Positions 9,761 to 22,139 of a stretch of 48,872 nt of DNA are shown piece by piece. The translations under genes and the position numbers were made by a program. The stretch is from the NCBI RefSeq assembly GCF_001194135.2, contig NC_068997.1, positions 41,763,891 to 41,812,762 of the forward strand, in the 5' to 3' direction. The stretch is from Octopus bimaculoides (Eukaryota). Position 1 is the stretch's first letter; each line of letters begins with the position of its first letter. The notes beneath the pieces were generated by a model. The model was not told where the DNA came from, did not search any database, and saw only the letters and a program-made list of their open reading frames with translations.

Positions 9761-9974
9761 TACTAGGGGGTGCTGAAAAGTACCTGGCTTTAAAGGTATT
9801 ACGAAAGGCCTGGTAGGAGGCCCAACCTTCCGAGTTCTTTTACAGGACTTAGAAAAACTGAAGTACCGCTGCGATAAGTGTGTGAGTCTGAGAGGGATTT
9901 ATGTTGAATGAAATCATAATCAACTGATTCTCCTGTATTGTTCCAAAGCCAAGAACTTTTCAGCACTCCTCGTA
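9761..9974 (+). mobile_element. Non-autonomous mariner derivative (MITE) with ~28-bp TIRs and TA termini
   Basis: Ends read TAC(T)AGGGGGTGCTGAAAAGTACCTGGCTTT and AAAGCCAAGAACTTTTCAGCACTCCTCGTA. The interior is a decayed mariner transposase C-terminus (FFTGLRKLKYRCDKCVSLRG.YVE-like). Second copy at 15834-16056. Confidence 0.88.
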
Positions 9975-10344
9975 GATACGATTAGTCAAATCAGTGCACC
10001 TTAAGCTATTTTTTCTTATTTCAACCAATGAGACAAAAAAAAGTTTCGTATGAGTCTATATCCTAAAAGATAAGACCTAATCCCCTGTCACTTTGAACAC
10101 GGAAGTTTTTTTTTTTGTTTTTTTTTTCAAATTTTCGCTCGTATTCGTCAAAATGGATTCTAATGATACAAACAATACTGAAAGGTTTTCTTACTGAAAC
10201 AGTGAAAGTTATCTATACAGCATTGAACTTCTCAAAAACTATATGCATTCTCTTAGGCAATTTTTATCTCAATTCCCATTCTAAGGATTTTTACTTAATA
10301 TATATAATATTTGCATGAGTTTCTCCCACAAATATCCATACACA

Positions 10345-10726
10345 GTGGAGGCGCAACGGCCCAGTGGTTAGGGCAGCGGACTCACGGTCATTGGATCGCG
10401 GTTTCGATTCCCAGACTGGACGTTGTGAGTGTTTATTGAGCGAAAACACCCAAAGCTCCACGAGGCTCCAGCGGGGGATGGTAGCGAACCCTGCTGTACT
10501 CTTTCACCACAACTTTCTCTCACTTTTACTTCCTGTTTCTGTTGTGCCTGTAATTCAAACGGTCAGCCTTGTCACACTGTATCACGCTGAATATCCCCGA
10601 GAACTACGTTAAGGGTACACGTGTCTGTGGAGTGCTCAGCCACTTGCACGTTAATTTCACGAGCAGGCTGTTCCGTTGATCGGATCAACTGGAACCCTCG
10701 ACGTCGTAAGCGTCGGAGTGCCAACA
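10345..10726 (+). mobile_element. SINE family C, full length, with 11-bp TSD ATCCATACACA
   Basis: TSD at 10334-10344 and 10727-10737; A-box GGCCCAGTGGTTAGGG and B-box GGTTTCGATTCCC. Confidence 0.95.
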
Positions 10727-11234
10727 ATCCATACACAAGTATTGTTAATACTTCATATTCTTGACACCCTTAATCCATTTTTGAATGGATTTTTCAAAGA
10801 AAAATGTTCCTGTCTAGCTTGGGAGATTTAGTTCGTACTTCACTGAGACCTGCAAAGCAAAAAAACGAGTTTGATTCCTCAGTAATAAAGTGTTAATTAT
10901 CATCAGTAGCAGCAGCATCTTTTAACGTTTATCTTTCACGCTGGCATGGATAGGACGGCTTGCGAGAATCTGACATTGACAAGGCTGTTTTGATTGATCT
11001 ACAATATACAATACCATCAAGGTATAAGATTGAAAACTGTTGACCCATTCCTGTGGAACATAAGACAATATTTTTGCTGACTTTTCTGAACAATAGAATT
11101 ATTGCATATTTTTTTCTCCCTTTTTCTTGATCTTAACTTGCATTTCTGATTGTGGCCTTTTCCTGTATTTCAAATAAACCTTAACCTACATTTCTGATCA
11201 GTTGTGATTTCGTCTTATATTGCAGGATGAAATC

Positions 11235-11315
11235 CAACCTTGTCCTATATTACATATAATTTCTAACCTTGTCCTACATTTTACATATACTCTAACCATG
11301 TCCTAAATTTTCCAA
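11235..11315. repeat. Minisatellite, about 3 copies of a ~30-bp unit (AACCTTGTCCTAYATTWYACATAT..)
   Basis: Direct reading. Confidence 0.75.
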
Positions 11316-11341
11316 AATTTCTTTCATATTCTATATTTCAG

Positions 11342-11490
11342 ATGAAATGAGCTTATTCTTATCCAGTATCTCCTTTTCAAGAAAGTGATCACCATATTTG
11401 TCTCAGAGAAACTTGAAACTTCATATAAGTCAGAAGTTATTCATCGTATATTTTACTAAAAGTTGAAATAAATACATAAAGCCACTTCAG
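11342..11490 (+). other. Candidate non-coding terminal (3' UTR) exon of the thyroglobulin-repeat gene
   Basis: Strong acceptor CTTTCATATTCTATATTTCAG|A at 11341 and AATAAA at 11467-11472. The link to the 5441 donor is inference only. Confidence 0.3.
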
Positions 11491-11999
11491 TTCGTTTTTT
11501 CCATGTTTATTAAATTTCAGTTTCTCAGTAAAGATCTCTCATACAAATCTAAAAGAGAAAGTTGAGAAGCTAAAATTCCAAGCTAAATACTTTACAGCAC
11601 TTAGTTTATAGTATTATATGTCGAATCAGACTGAGGTCAAGCGTATCACGAAGACTGATCTGATAAAATCTAGTAATATGTCATGGTCAAGTGAACATGA
11701 TTGTATACCAAGGAGATGAGATATGTTGCGATACCCACAGAGAGAAGATATCTTAAATCATTTCACAACACTTACCTTTCATATCTGTGACTGGTGTGAA
11801 CATGTAGATTACATGGGTATATTTTTTAATATTTTTTACTGGGTCGAGAGATAAGGGTAGTGCCTATGCTCTTTGCACACTCAAGGACAAGTGGAATTGA
11901 TAGTGTAAACATTCCTTTAATATACATATAGTATTCAGGTTTAAGTATAGCCAAGCTACATGTAAACGTGTAGCTTGTGTGTAAATGTGTAACATACAT

Positions 12000-12385
12000 A
12001 CTCTTTTACTCTTTTACTTGTTTCAGTCATTTGACTGTGGCCATGCTAGAGCACCGCCTTTAGTCGAACAAATCGATCCCAGGACTTATTCTTTGTAAGC
12101 CTAGTACTTATTCTATCGGTCTCTTTTGCCATAAACACACCAGCATCGGTTGTCAAGCGATGTTGGGGGGACACACACAGAGACACAAACACATACATAC
12201 ACATATATATGTACATATATACGACGGGCTTCTTTCAGTTTCCGTCTACCAAATCCACTCATGAGGCTTTGGTCGGCCCGAGGCTATAGTAGAAGACACT
12301 TGCCCAAGGTGCCACGCAGTCGGAATGAACCCGAAACCATGTGGTTGGTAAGCCAGCTACTTACCACAAAGCCACTCCTGCGCCT
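12000..12385 (-). mobile_element. SINE family B, near full length
   Basis: Matches 2309-2739; the head ends in GCCACTCCTGCGCCT. Confidence 0.92.
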
Positions 12386-12588
12386 ACATGTGCATATGTG
12401 GTCCGGTTATTCAAACGTAATATACGTGACTGCGTAGCTTACACTTGAATGTGTAGCCTACATGCACATGTGGATCTCTATACTTGAAAATATAAGAAGT
12501 TAACTCCTAATTAACAAACACTTTTAGTAAAGGACTTGACACTCAAGTGGATGATGTTTGTCAAACATTTATTTCTCTGCCGTTTCTG

Positions 12589-13023
12589 AATTACCAAATT
12601 ACACTTTCTCTGTTGAGTTGTCATTAAAGAAGTAATTGATGAGATGGAACTTATTCCTTCTGGAAGAAGTGTGTTTCAATTTCAAAAAGAAACAAAAATT
12701 CTGAAATATAATTGATAAAAAGTTAATCGTTTCTTTTCATCTTTTACTTGTTTCAGACATTAGACGGCAGTCATGCTGGGGCACCGCCTTGAAGAATATT
12801 AATCGAATGAATAGACCCCCAATACTTACATTTTTAAGCCTGGTACCTATTCCATCGGTCTCTTTGCCGAATTGTTAAGTTACAGGGACGGGAATTACCA
12901 AATTGTTATAACCGTGTCGTCATTAAAGAAGTAATCGATGATATGGAAATTATTTCTTCTCAAAAAAGTGTTTTCAATTTCAAAAACAAAAAACTCTGAA
13001 TTATAGTTGATAAAAAGTTAATC
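12589..13023. repeat. Diverged direct repeats (12589-12728 and 12893-13023) enclosing a 5'-truncated SINE B piece (12729-12892, minus strand)
   Basis: Both copies start AATTACCAAATT, share GTCATTAAAGAAGTAATYGATGA..TGGAA.TTATT and end GATAAAAAGTTAATC. Confidence 0.88.
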
Positions 13024-13199
13024 TACAAGCATGAATTCTATCATGTACCCATATACTAGAAAACTACACACACACACAAACGCACATACATCCATATGTA
13101 TATATTTGTTAGCTTTACGTCATGTTTTTCGTGTTGGTATGAGTTGGACACGAGCAAGATTTTACAGTAGGTTTCTCNNNNNNNNNNGGTTTCGTTGTC

Positions 13200-13249
<50 letters not shown>

Positions 13250-13265
13250 AATTACTATTATTATG
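13200..13265. repeat. (ATT)n microsatellite
   Basis: Direct reading. Confidence 0.95.
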
Positions 13266-15284
13266 TTAATGGTTTTTTTCCACTGGTCTCCCAAAATGTA
13301 CAACAGCAAGGTGTATTATTTACAGGAAATGTAAATATGACATCATCATTTTGTTCAAACAGCATCATGCGAAGACACGAAATGGTGTTACGTAATGAGA
13401 TGATTGGGTGCGGCTGTTTAGACGCTAGCATTTTGGCACGGCTAACTGAACATAGAACCTGTTTTGGTGTCAGTACTTTTTGGCACGGAAAGCAAACGCG
13501 TATGCGTAGAAATATACACATACAGACAGAAAGTGAGATGAAAAGGAGTGAGAGAGAGATATAACAATTTATTGATTGAACATGATTAACATAAACACTT
13601 TCCTCTCCTAATATACAGAAAGAGGAATATATTTACACGCATAAACATAGAAAGAGATGGAGAGAAATAGAATGAAAGGAAAGGGAAAACTAGAGAAACA
13701 TTTAAATGTCCGATGTCAAATAATTCGAAATGGAATCAGCAACGTTTTGGCGGTGCTAAATCAACTGTGCCTAAACGTTCATAATTAATATGTCAACATT
13801 TAAATAAACGTTTTTCCTTCTACTCCTACTGTTCTTATTAATTCACTAACATTTTCTTATCCTTTTTCACCTCATTTTTTCCCTTCACCTCACTCTCGAC
13901 TTTACCTGCTTCTCCTCATCCCATCACTCCTTCATCCTTTCTTCTTGCACTGTTTCTCCTACCACTCTTCTATAATAATAAACGCGAAACTTTGTCTGCC
14001 CGGGATCCCTCTTTCTCAGTCTACATTTGCTCTACATAGACATATTATACCCTTTTAGAATCAGGATGATCCCGGGATTGAAAATCTGCCATTCATTTGG
14101 TTCTTGAACAACCGGCATTGGGATCTGACTTAAAAAACCATTTGAGTTGCTATTTCTAGCAGGTAAAGCTTGACTGATTCACGTCACCTTGGTTGGCGTT
14201 TGTCAGATGACGTCAGAGATCAAGGGGGAGATAAATGACATTCGCTTCGTTAATTTCACGTCGAGATAAGAACTTTGGGACAAAATGGCCCACAGTTGGA
14301 ACACAGTTGGAACACAGTTTGGGACTGGAACAATAAAACGATTGCATTACACAATTAATTCTCATCTGTCCTTAATTAACCTCTGATCAAACACCACTGA
14401 GACATAGTCATTATAGTTTTGGGCTGCAAACCCAATTAGCCCTCACAGGAGCTAATTTAAAAGTCCGCACGGTGTGCGGCTTTTAAGTTAATCATNNNNN
14501 NNNNNNNNNNNNNNNNNNNNNNNNNNNNNNNNNNNNNNNNNNNNNNNNNNNNNNNNNNNNNNNNNNNNNNNNNNNNNNNNNNNNNNNNNNNNNNNNNNNN
14601 NNNNNNNNNNNNNNNNNNNNNNNNNNNNNNNNNNNNNNNNNNNNNNNNNNNNNNNNNNNNNNNNNNNNNNNNNNNNNNNNNNNNNNNNNNNNNNNNNNNN
14701 NNNNNNNNNNNNNNNNNNNNNNNNNNNNNNNNNNNNNNNNNNNNNNNNNNNNNNNNNNNNNNNNNNNNNNNNNNNNNNNNNNNNNNNNNNNNNNNNNNNN
14801 NNNNNNNNNNNNNNNNNNNNNNNNNNNNNNNNNNNNNNNNNNNNNNNNNNNNNNNNNNNNNNNNNNNNNNNNNNNNNNNNNNNNNNNNNNNNNNNNNNNN
14901 NNNNNNNNNNNNNNNNNNNNNNNNNNNNNNNNNNNNNNNNNNNNNNNNNNNNNNNNNNNNNNNNNNNNNNNNNNNNNNNNNNNNNNNNNNNNNNNNNNNN
15001 NNNNNNNNNNNNNNNNNNNNNNNNNNNNNNNNNNNNNNNNNNNNNNNNNNNNNNNNNNNNNNNNNNNNNNNNNNNNNNNNNNNNNNNNNNNNNNNNNNNN
15101 NNNNNNNNNNNNNNNNNNNNNNNNNNNNNNNNNNNNNNNNNNNNNNNNNNNNNNNNNNNNNNNNNNNNNNNNNNNNNNNNNNNNNNNNNNNNNNNNNNNN
15201 NNNNNNNNNNNNNNNNNNNNNNNNNNNNNNNNNNNNNTTTTCTATTCAATAAGCAGAAAGTGTATTGAAACCCAGCGTATATAT

Positions 15285-15295
15285 GTGCGTGTGTA

Positions 15296-15355
<60 letters not shown>
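15285..15355. repeat. (GT)n microsatellite
   Basis: Direct reading. Confidence 0.95.
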
Positions 15356-15833
15356 TGCATATCTATTCATGCTTGCGCTTGTGTCTGTGTTGTCATCCTC
15401 CCTTCCATCCCTACAACTGCTTCACACCAGGTGTTTATCTGTTTAAGTCTCCTTAGCTTTGAGGTTCGATAGAAATGGGCCATGACGGAATTTGACCTCA
15501 AAAGGCAAAGACCGAGAACAAATGCTGCTTGGTATTCGGTTCAGCGATCTTAGAAGTTCTGCCGATTCGTCAGCGTGGATTGAGACTGTCTTATCTACCC
15601 CGAAAGGATGAAAAGCAAAGCTAACTTCGATGAGGTCTGAACTTTGCGCACAAGGAGTCAGAATAAATATCGTGAAGAACTCTAGCTAACGCTCTTGACT
15701 CTGCTGAATTCCCGCCTGGCGATTAAGGCCCGCATCTGATTCCTTTGAAGCAGTGATCTACCAGAAACATCAAAGGTTACTTCTCCTCCTAGTAGTATAC
15801 GAACTTATCTCTCTATTTATTTCATAAGCAATA

Positions 15834-16056
15834 TACGAGGGGGTGGCTAAAAAGTTCCTGGCTTTGGGTAAAAGAAAATACAGGAGAATCAGTCAATTAT
15901 GATTTTATTGAACATATTCCCCTCTCAGATTCAAACACTTCAGAGCAGTGGTTTTTCACTCTTTCTAAGCCCTGTAAAAGAACTCAGGTGGTTGGGCCTC
16001 CAACTAGACCTTTCGTGATACCCTTAAAACCAGGAACTTTTCAGCACCCCCTCATA
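15834..16056 (-). mobile_element. Mariner MITE, second copy in opposite orientation
   Basis: TACGAGGGGGTGGCTAAAAAGTTCCTGGCTTT ... AAAACCAGGAACTTTTCAGCACCCCCTCATA; interior homologous to 9761-9974. Confidence 0.88.
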
Positions 16057-16462
16057 CTATACTGTCTTTAATCTTACCGTGTTTGTTTGGATTAAACATT
16101 GTTCAACAATATCTTCTCCGCCTAGAAACGAGTATAATCTACGTTAATTAAAATTATTACTGTGTTTGTCATATTGTATTAACATTTAATGATGTGTACT
16201 GACATATTGTGAAGACTACTGGTTTATTATCTTTGCGATATAATGAGGCTTTACATAAATCGTAAATGACAAAGTCAGTTCAACAATAAAACGTTCTTGG
16301 TGATCAGAAGATCAAAAGCGGGATCGGCGGGAGCATAGTATCGTTGGTAACGACGTCATCCCTGACAGAGTCAACGATCTGCTGGAGCAGAGCAGGTCAG
16401 ACTGAGGTTATACAACTGCTTGTAAGTGTATGAGGCCTGTGATACACACATATGAAGGAATA

Positions 16463-16548
16463 ATGGTGGTGGCGGCGGTGGCGGCGGCGGCGGTGTCGTC
16501 ATAGTAGTAGTAGTAGTAGTGGTGGTGGTGGTGGTGGTAGTACTAGTG

Positions 16549-16595
<47 letters not shown>
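16463..16595. repeat. Compound (GGT)/(GGC)/(AGT)n microsatellite
   Basis: Direct reading. Confidence 0.95.
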
Positions 16596-17425
16596 TTTGC
16601 TTAACTCCAGGGTTTGCACTCCTGGAGCAGACATGCTCAAATACGTACGTGTCATGACTGTCGTTTTTTCTTAACTGTTTCTTTATTTTTTGTTTTTCTT
16701 TTACGTCCATTATCCAGTATCCCTTTTTTAAAAAAAAAAGATTATCTTCGGGAATGAGTTGAAAAAGAATGATTATTACTTCTAGCAAGCCGACACATCG
16801 CCCAGAGGCTCTCTTAAAGGTTCATGGTTTATACGTTGTTGTTGATTATGCTGCTGTTGTCGTTTGTACCTAGGGCAAACTTATGAACAAAGGCGTTCCA
16901 GACATGATCATTTCATTGTTTAGTATATCAAGGAGAACATTGTTCGATTTCTCCATCTTCTGTTCTTTAGGATTGATGTGATTTGAAGGAGATTTTGGTT
17001 GCTGTTTCTAGAAAATTGAGTGATCACATAGAGGCTTCCTCATTGGCCAAACTACATCATAAGTTTTCAAACAGGGATACAGAAGTTTCCAGTTTGGAGT
17101 AAGTGTGGAGGTGTGTGGAATATATGGATGTTTTCTGATTATCGAAATATTGATGAATTTGTGTAAGAGATCGTTCCAGATAATTGAAGTGATAAAAGAT
17201 GGAAGTGGAGAGATGTAATAGAACAAAAATTGCATTAAATGAAGCAATAACGATGATGTACCAGAAGTTACATTTCAAAGTAAGTCGGCTGATCATGTTG
17301 GGAAGCCAGGATTCTTAGAGTTAATTTCCTGTCAAAGCTTGTATAAATTTCATCCATTTTCTCCCAATTTTTCTCGCTAATTTGTACAGATATTCTCGTG
17401 AAATATTTGTATAAGACATTTCACC

Positions 17426-17477
17426 ATGAAGCTCCTGCTAGTTATTTTGTCGTCTGTTGTTGTTGCTACTCACGCAA
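17426..17477 (+). CDS. Signal-peptide exon of a secreted protein (MKLLLVILSSVVVATHA + phase-1 intron)
   Basis: Kozak-like CACCATGA; a K-hydrophobic-AxA signal peptide ending exactly at the A|GTAAGT donor. Upstream acceptor TTTGTACAG|A (17389) pairs with an AAA|GTAAGT donor at 17280, giving a 110-nt 5' UTR intron. Confidence 0.7.
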
Positions 17478-18253
17478 GTAAGTGCTGCTTTGAAAGCATT
17501 TACCTGAACATCCTCATGACTAATCATTAGTTCATTTAATGTCTGTAGCTGTCAATGCTTGCATAACAAGTTAGATACGTCTTCGACAACCTCACCCATC
17601 ACCATAGCAACTGTAAGAGATGTTTGTGTTATGGCAAACAACATTATGTGAAGTCGAGCGTATGTTGTTGCTATTATACTGGAGGTTTTACAGCTCGATG
17701 GTCTTCCCAATCTCCACAAGTCTACCAGTGCGAATGCATATCCTTATTTACACTCAGTTATCTTAAAATTAAGATATTTTAACAAAATATATTAAAACCA
17801 TGTATCAAATCACTCCACGATCACATCGTGACTCCATGAATATACGTGTTTGCCATTATGAGACGGAACTACTTTACTTATAAAACATTGCCACCACCAA
17901 ATCTCCAATTCCTGAATTGCCTGTTATCATTATGGATGTATACCTGTAGGTGGATGTCACTGCTCATTAAAAGTTATATTGCAGCTGTTCTTTATCCTTA
18001 GGTTGGCTTTGACCGGGAAAAACCTATAGTATCTTGTTAAATTCTTTCCAACCACTAGAATTTTCCGAAATAGCCAGTAAAATAATTTAAAATTTTCTAT
18101 ACTGTTGTGGTTTTGCATTCCGGTGACGAAAATCACTTTCATTTTCTCTAAAAAAAAATTAATAATAAAAGAGTTGCAAGCATTTCGAATTAGATCATTT
18201 TTGCCATCATACCGAAAATCGGAAATCAACACACATACACGTGCGCGCGCGCA

Positions 18254-18292
<39 letters not shown>

Positions 18293-18736
18293 GGATCAGA
18301 CAAGAAATATGAAATCTTTACGTGGTCTCTCGACCTGCCAGAAATAACAGCCAATCCTCCTTAAATTACACCATAACATCTAAAGGACAAGATATATAAA
18401 GTAGCTAGAGATAGACAATTTCTGAAATAAGATGGGATTGAAGTGGTTTGAATTCCATTGACCACAGTTCTTCTTGATCAAGAATTGTTCTCTGTCATTC
18501 ATAACTATAATACCAATACTTCGTAATACGGTCCTAAATTCACAGTAACACTAAATTTGTTTCTTATATGTAATCACAAATACATTGTATGTATTATAGG
18601 CAGAGATACCCTTAATCATGGAGCTAAGGTACCTGATAATATATTACAAACATCGGTGTAAACATAAACACACATGCACACGCGCACAAACATATTTAAT
18701 ATTTGATATTTGATATTTGATATTAGAAACTCTGAA

Positions 18737-18945
18737 GGTGGCGAGCTGGCAGAATCGTTAGCACACCGGACAAAATGTTTAGCGGCATTTCGTCCGTCCT
18801 CACGTTCTGAGTTCATATTCCACTGGGGTCAACTTTACCTTTCATTCTTTCAGGGTCGATAAAATAAATACCAGTCGTACACTGGGTCGATGTAATCGAC
18901 TACCTACCTCATCCGAAATTTCTGGCCTTGTGTCAAAATTTGAAA
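18737..18945 (+). mobile_element. SINE family A, near full length
   Basis: GGTGGCGAGCTGGCAGAATCGTTAGCAC...TTCTGAGTTCATATTCC...GGGTCGATAAAATAAATACCAG. Confidence 0.9.
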
Positions 18946-19599
18946 TTTTTATCAGAAACACTGCCCCTAAACACGTTCAGTCCTTGTTTATTATTCACGA
19001 ATGTAAGTAAATCTGATATATGGCTGGTTAGGATAATCTTAACCAAACAGATTTTTGATTTTGCCTTTAACTTTCTTTTATTTATAGCATTAAAATACAA
19101 AGAAACGCGGGTAGAGATAAAAAAGGAAAAGAAAGAAAAGAAAAAGGGTGGGGGTGAAGCAGCAGAAGATGCAGGGGAAGGAAGGGTCGATGGCCCACAT
19201 ACCCCAGAACAAATGGTGTACTCAACCACACCAGCAATACTCGCTGCAGCAGCCTCTCCACCTCACGGGGATCATTTCTCCAATGGGCTGTTGTTATCCC
19301 TATTTTGTCTAAGAGATTTTTTTCACAAAGATACATGTAACTTCTTTTAAAGGAACAAATTTCAAAAAATGTACTTTTATGAGAAGTGCAGGTTCAGACA
19401 TTTCATTAATTGATGGTTTGATTACGTCAACAAATGATACAACCATTGTCATATTCCGTGCCACGATATGACAAATATCAGAATGACAATACAGAATAAT
19501 TGAACAGAGGGTGATTGAATTTGTATGCGTTAAAATTTGCTGTTTTATAAAGCTTGCTTAGAAGCTGCGTAGTATTTACTACTTACCCTTTCTTTCCCC

Positions 19600-19760
19600 T
19601 TCTTTGTAGCTTTCTCTGTCACTCACTCTCACTCCTTTTTCTCTCTCTATCTGTCTATCTATCTGTCTGTATATCTATCTATCTGTCTATCTATCTATCT
19701 CTGTCTATTTCTCTATCTGTCTATCTATCTATCGCTCTCATTTTCTCCCTCTCCACATCT
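19600..19760. repeat. (CT)/(CTAT)n microsatellite
   Basis: Direct reading. Confidence 0.9.
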
Positions 19761-20418
19761 ACTATTGCACCTTTCTGTTGCTCCCATCCCAACACGCTTT
19801 TTTCTTCTCACTTTCTTTCTTATCGCGATCGTTGTCTGGTCCACTCACTCTAAGCTTGCCTCTATCTTTCACTTTGTATTCCAATGAAAGTATCTTCCGT
19901 TTGCACGAACGTTCTTTTTGCTCAGTCAAAAGCCTGCATTCTTTTTCATCGAACTGGATTTCTCTGAATTTGTTCACCCATAATTTTCCGTTCCACTCGT
20001 ATGTTTTTGCACCACCCTCCAACCAACCAACCACACCCACCACTACTTCTGCTTTAGAACTTAAAACTTTTAAGAACTTCCTCCCTTCCACTCCAGTCAT
20101 GTTTACAGTCACTTCTCACCAGATGTGGGTGAGATGCACCAAAACTAACTTGATTTTGAATCCCAAATCTGACGAGAGATTTCCATATTCTTTTGTTCTT
20201 TTTCGTTAACTTTTTTTGTTGTTTTCGTCTTTCGTTTATATACAGTTATATATATATATATGCAGAGGATATAATGTTATGGGAAACGGTTGACGGAAAA
20301 CAACAAATAGACTTGGAAAGCTTCTCGTCAGCTGTATGATCCAAAATCAAGTTGGTTTTTGTGCATTTGAGCCACCGATCCACTCATCGAGAGAACGCCA
20401 GTAATTGCAAGTATCACT

Positions 20419-21120
<702 letters not shown>

Positions 21121-21138
21121 GTATTTACATTATATGAT

Positions 21139-21476
21139 ATTTTGAATCACTTTTAATTTAGAATGAGTTGTTTTCTTTATCCTTTATTAATGTATTTCGT
21201 TTGGTATATTTTATCAAAATATTCTCATTTTAATGACAGTAAATATATTTCTATAAATTACGATGTAAATATATAGATTTCAGATAAATCTAATACGCAT
21301 AAACGAAAACTATAAAAATTGTATGAAAACACAAGAAACCTATTATATTTTGAATTGTTTTTTTCTTATTTGGAATGAGTTTTTCTTTCTAGCCATTATT
21401 TAACGTATTTCCTTTGGCAAATTTTAGCAAAATATTCCCATTTTAATGATAGTAAATATATTTCTACAAATTACGA
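21139..21476 (+). repeat. Diverged ~125-bp direct repeat (21139-21263 and 21346-21476)
   Basis: Shared GAATGAGTT, CAAAATATTCYCATTTTAATGAYAGTAAATATATTTCTAYAAATTACGA. Confidence 0.8.
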
Positions 21477-21753
21477 GACCATTTGCTGCTATCCGAAATA
21501 GCTCAGTTGAGAAATAATTATCCTAAAGTTCTAAAGGTCCTGGTCTAAATCTTAGCTTTAGCATGTTCATGCGATTCTATGTTGTTCTCGCATTTAATGT
21601 TTATCAAAATGTCTGTATTTGAATTTACTTAAGGATATTGTTGCAAAGGAAGCGTTTACCGGTCCCATACGTAGATATCGACGTATGGTCATCATCACAT
21701 ATCGGTGCATAATCATCATTATATGCATACTCACACATATATGTATGTATATG

Positions 21754-22030
21754 TACAGGGTGGTCCGAAAGTCTACCAAAAGGTAATGAGAACAATAGAA
21801 GAACAAGTAATACAGTAATCCAAAGCACAAACTGGATTTAGTTTACTCACTTTCATTGACACTGTCACACATCGAGAAGGTCTGTACGAACACCATCATT
21901 TTCGTGGCACAAAATGATGCGGTGCCATGTCTTGTGTGATATTTTTCGAAGCTGTGCTTTAGTGATTGTTGCAAAGGCTCTTCGAACGGCGACCTTCACC
22001 TGATGGGTATTCTGGTATTGTTCACTGCAA
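21754..22030 (-). mobile_element. Tc1/mariner-superfamily element 3' end (transposase C-terminus plus TIR)
   Basis: TA+CAGGGTGGTCCGAAAGT terminus. The minus strand reads VKVAVRRAFATITKAQLRKISHKTWHRIILCHENDGVRTDLLDV*, typical of Tc3-like DDD transposase C-termini. Confidence 0.75.
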
Positions 22031-22139
22031 GAGCAACCGGCCTCCTCCCGCGTGTTATGAGAGTAAATTGAAACAATTGTAGGTAATGTTAATTAATTAA
22101 AATTAACTTATATCTATTATATCTCTCTATTTTCTTACT

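Noticed and set aside
10345-10420. tRNA-like sequences with A and B boxes (also about 3810-3885, 36790-36865 and 47770-47845)
   Set aside because: They are SINE heads continuous with repeat bodies and TSDs, with no intact cloverleaf or acceptor stem.
14291-14323. Short regularly spaced repeats as a CRISPR-like array (also 11235-11315)
   Set aside because: Tandem units without unique spacers, in a eukaryotic context.
14488-15360. Long ORFs in the track containing X runs (also 6167-6966, 24448-25213, 26524-27183, 31467-32291, 38171-39107, 40201-40916)
   Set aside because: They are open only because N-gaps contain no stop codons.
18928-19350. 140-aa ORF and GC-rich patch at about 19140-19300
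   Set aside because: It starts inside a SINE tail, crosses a purine-rich low-complexity run, and has no recognisable domain or splice signals.
19762-20209. Overlapping 116-aa and 143-aa ORFs on opposite strands
   Set aside because: Both derive from a pyrimidine/purine-skewed tract next to a (CT)n microsatellite, with no family motifs.
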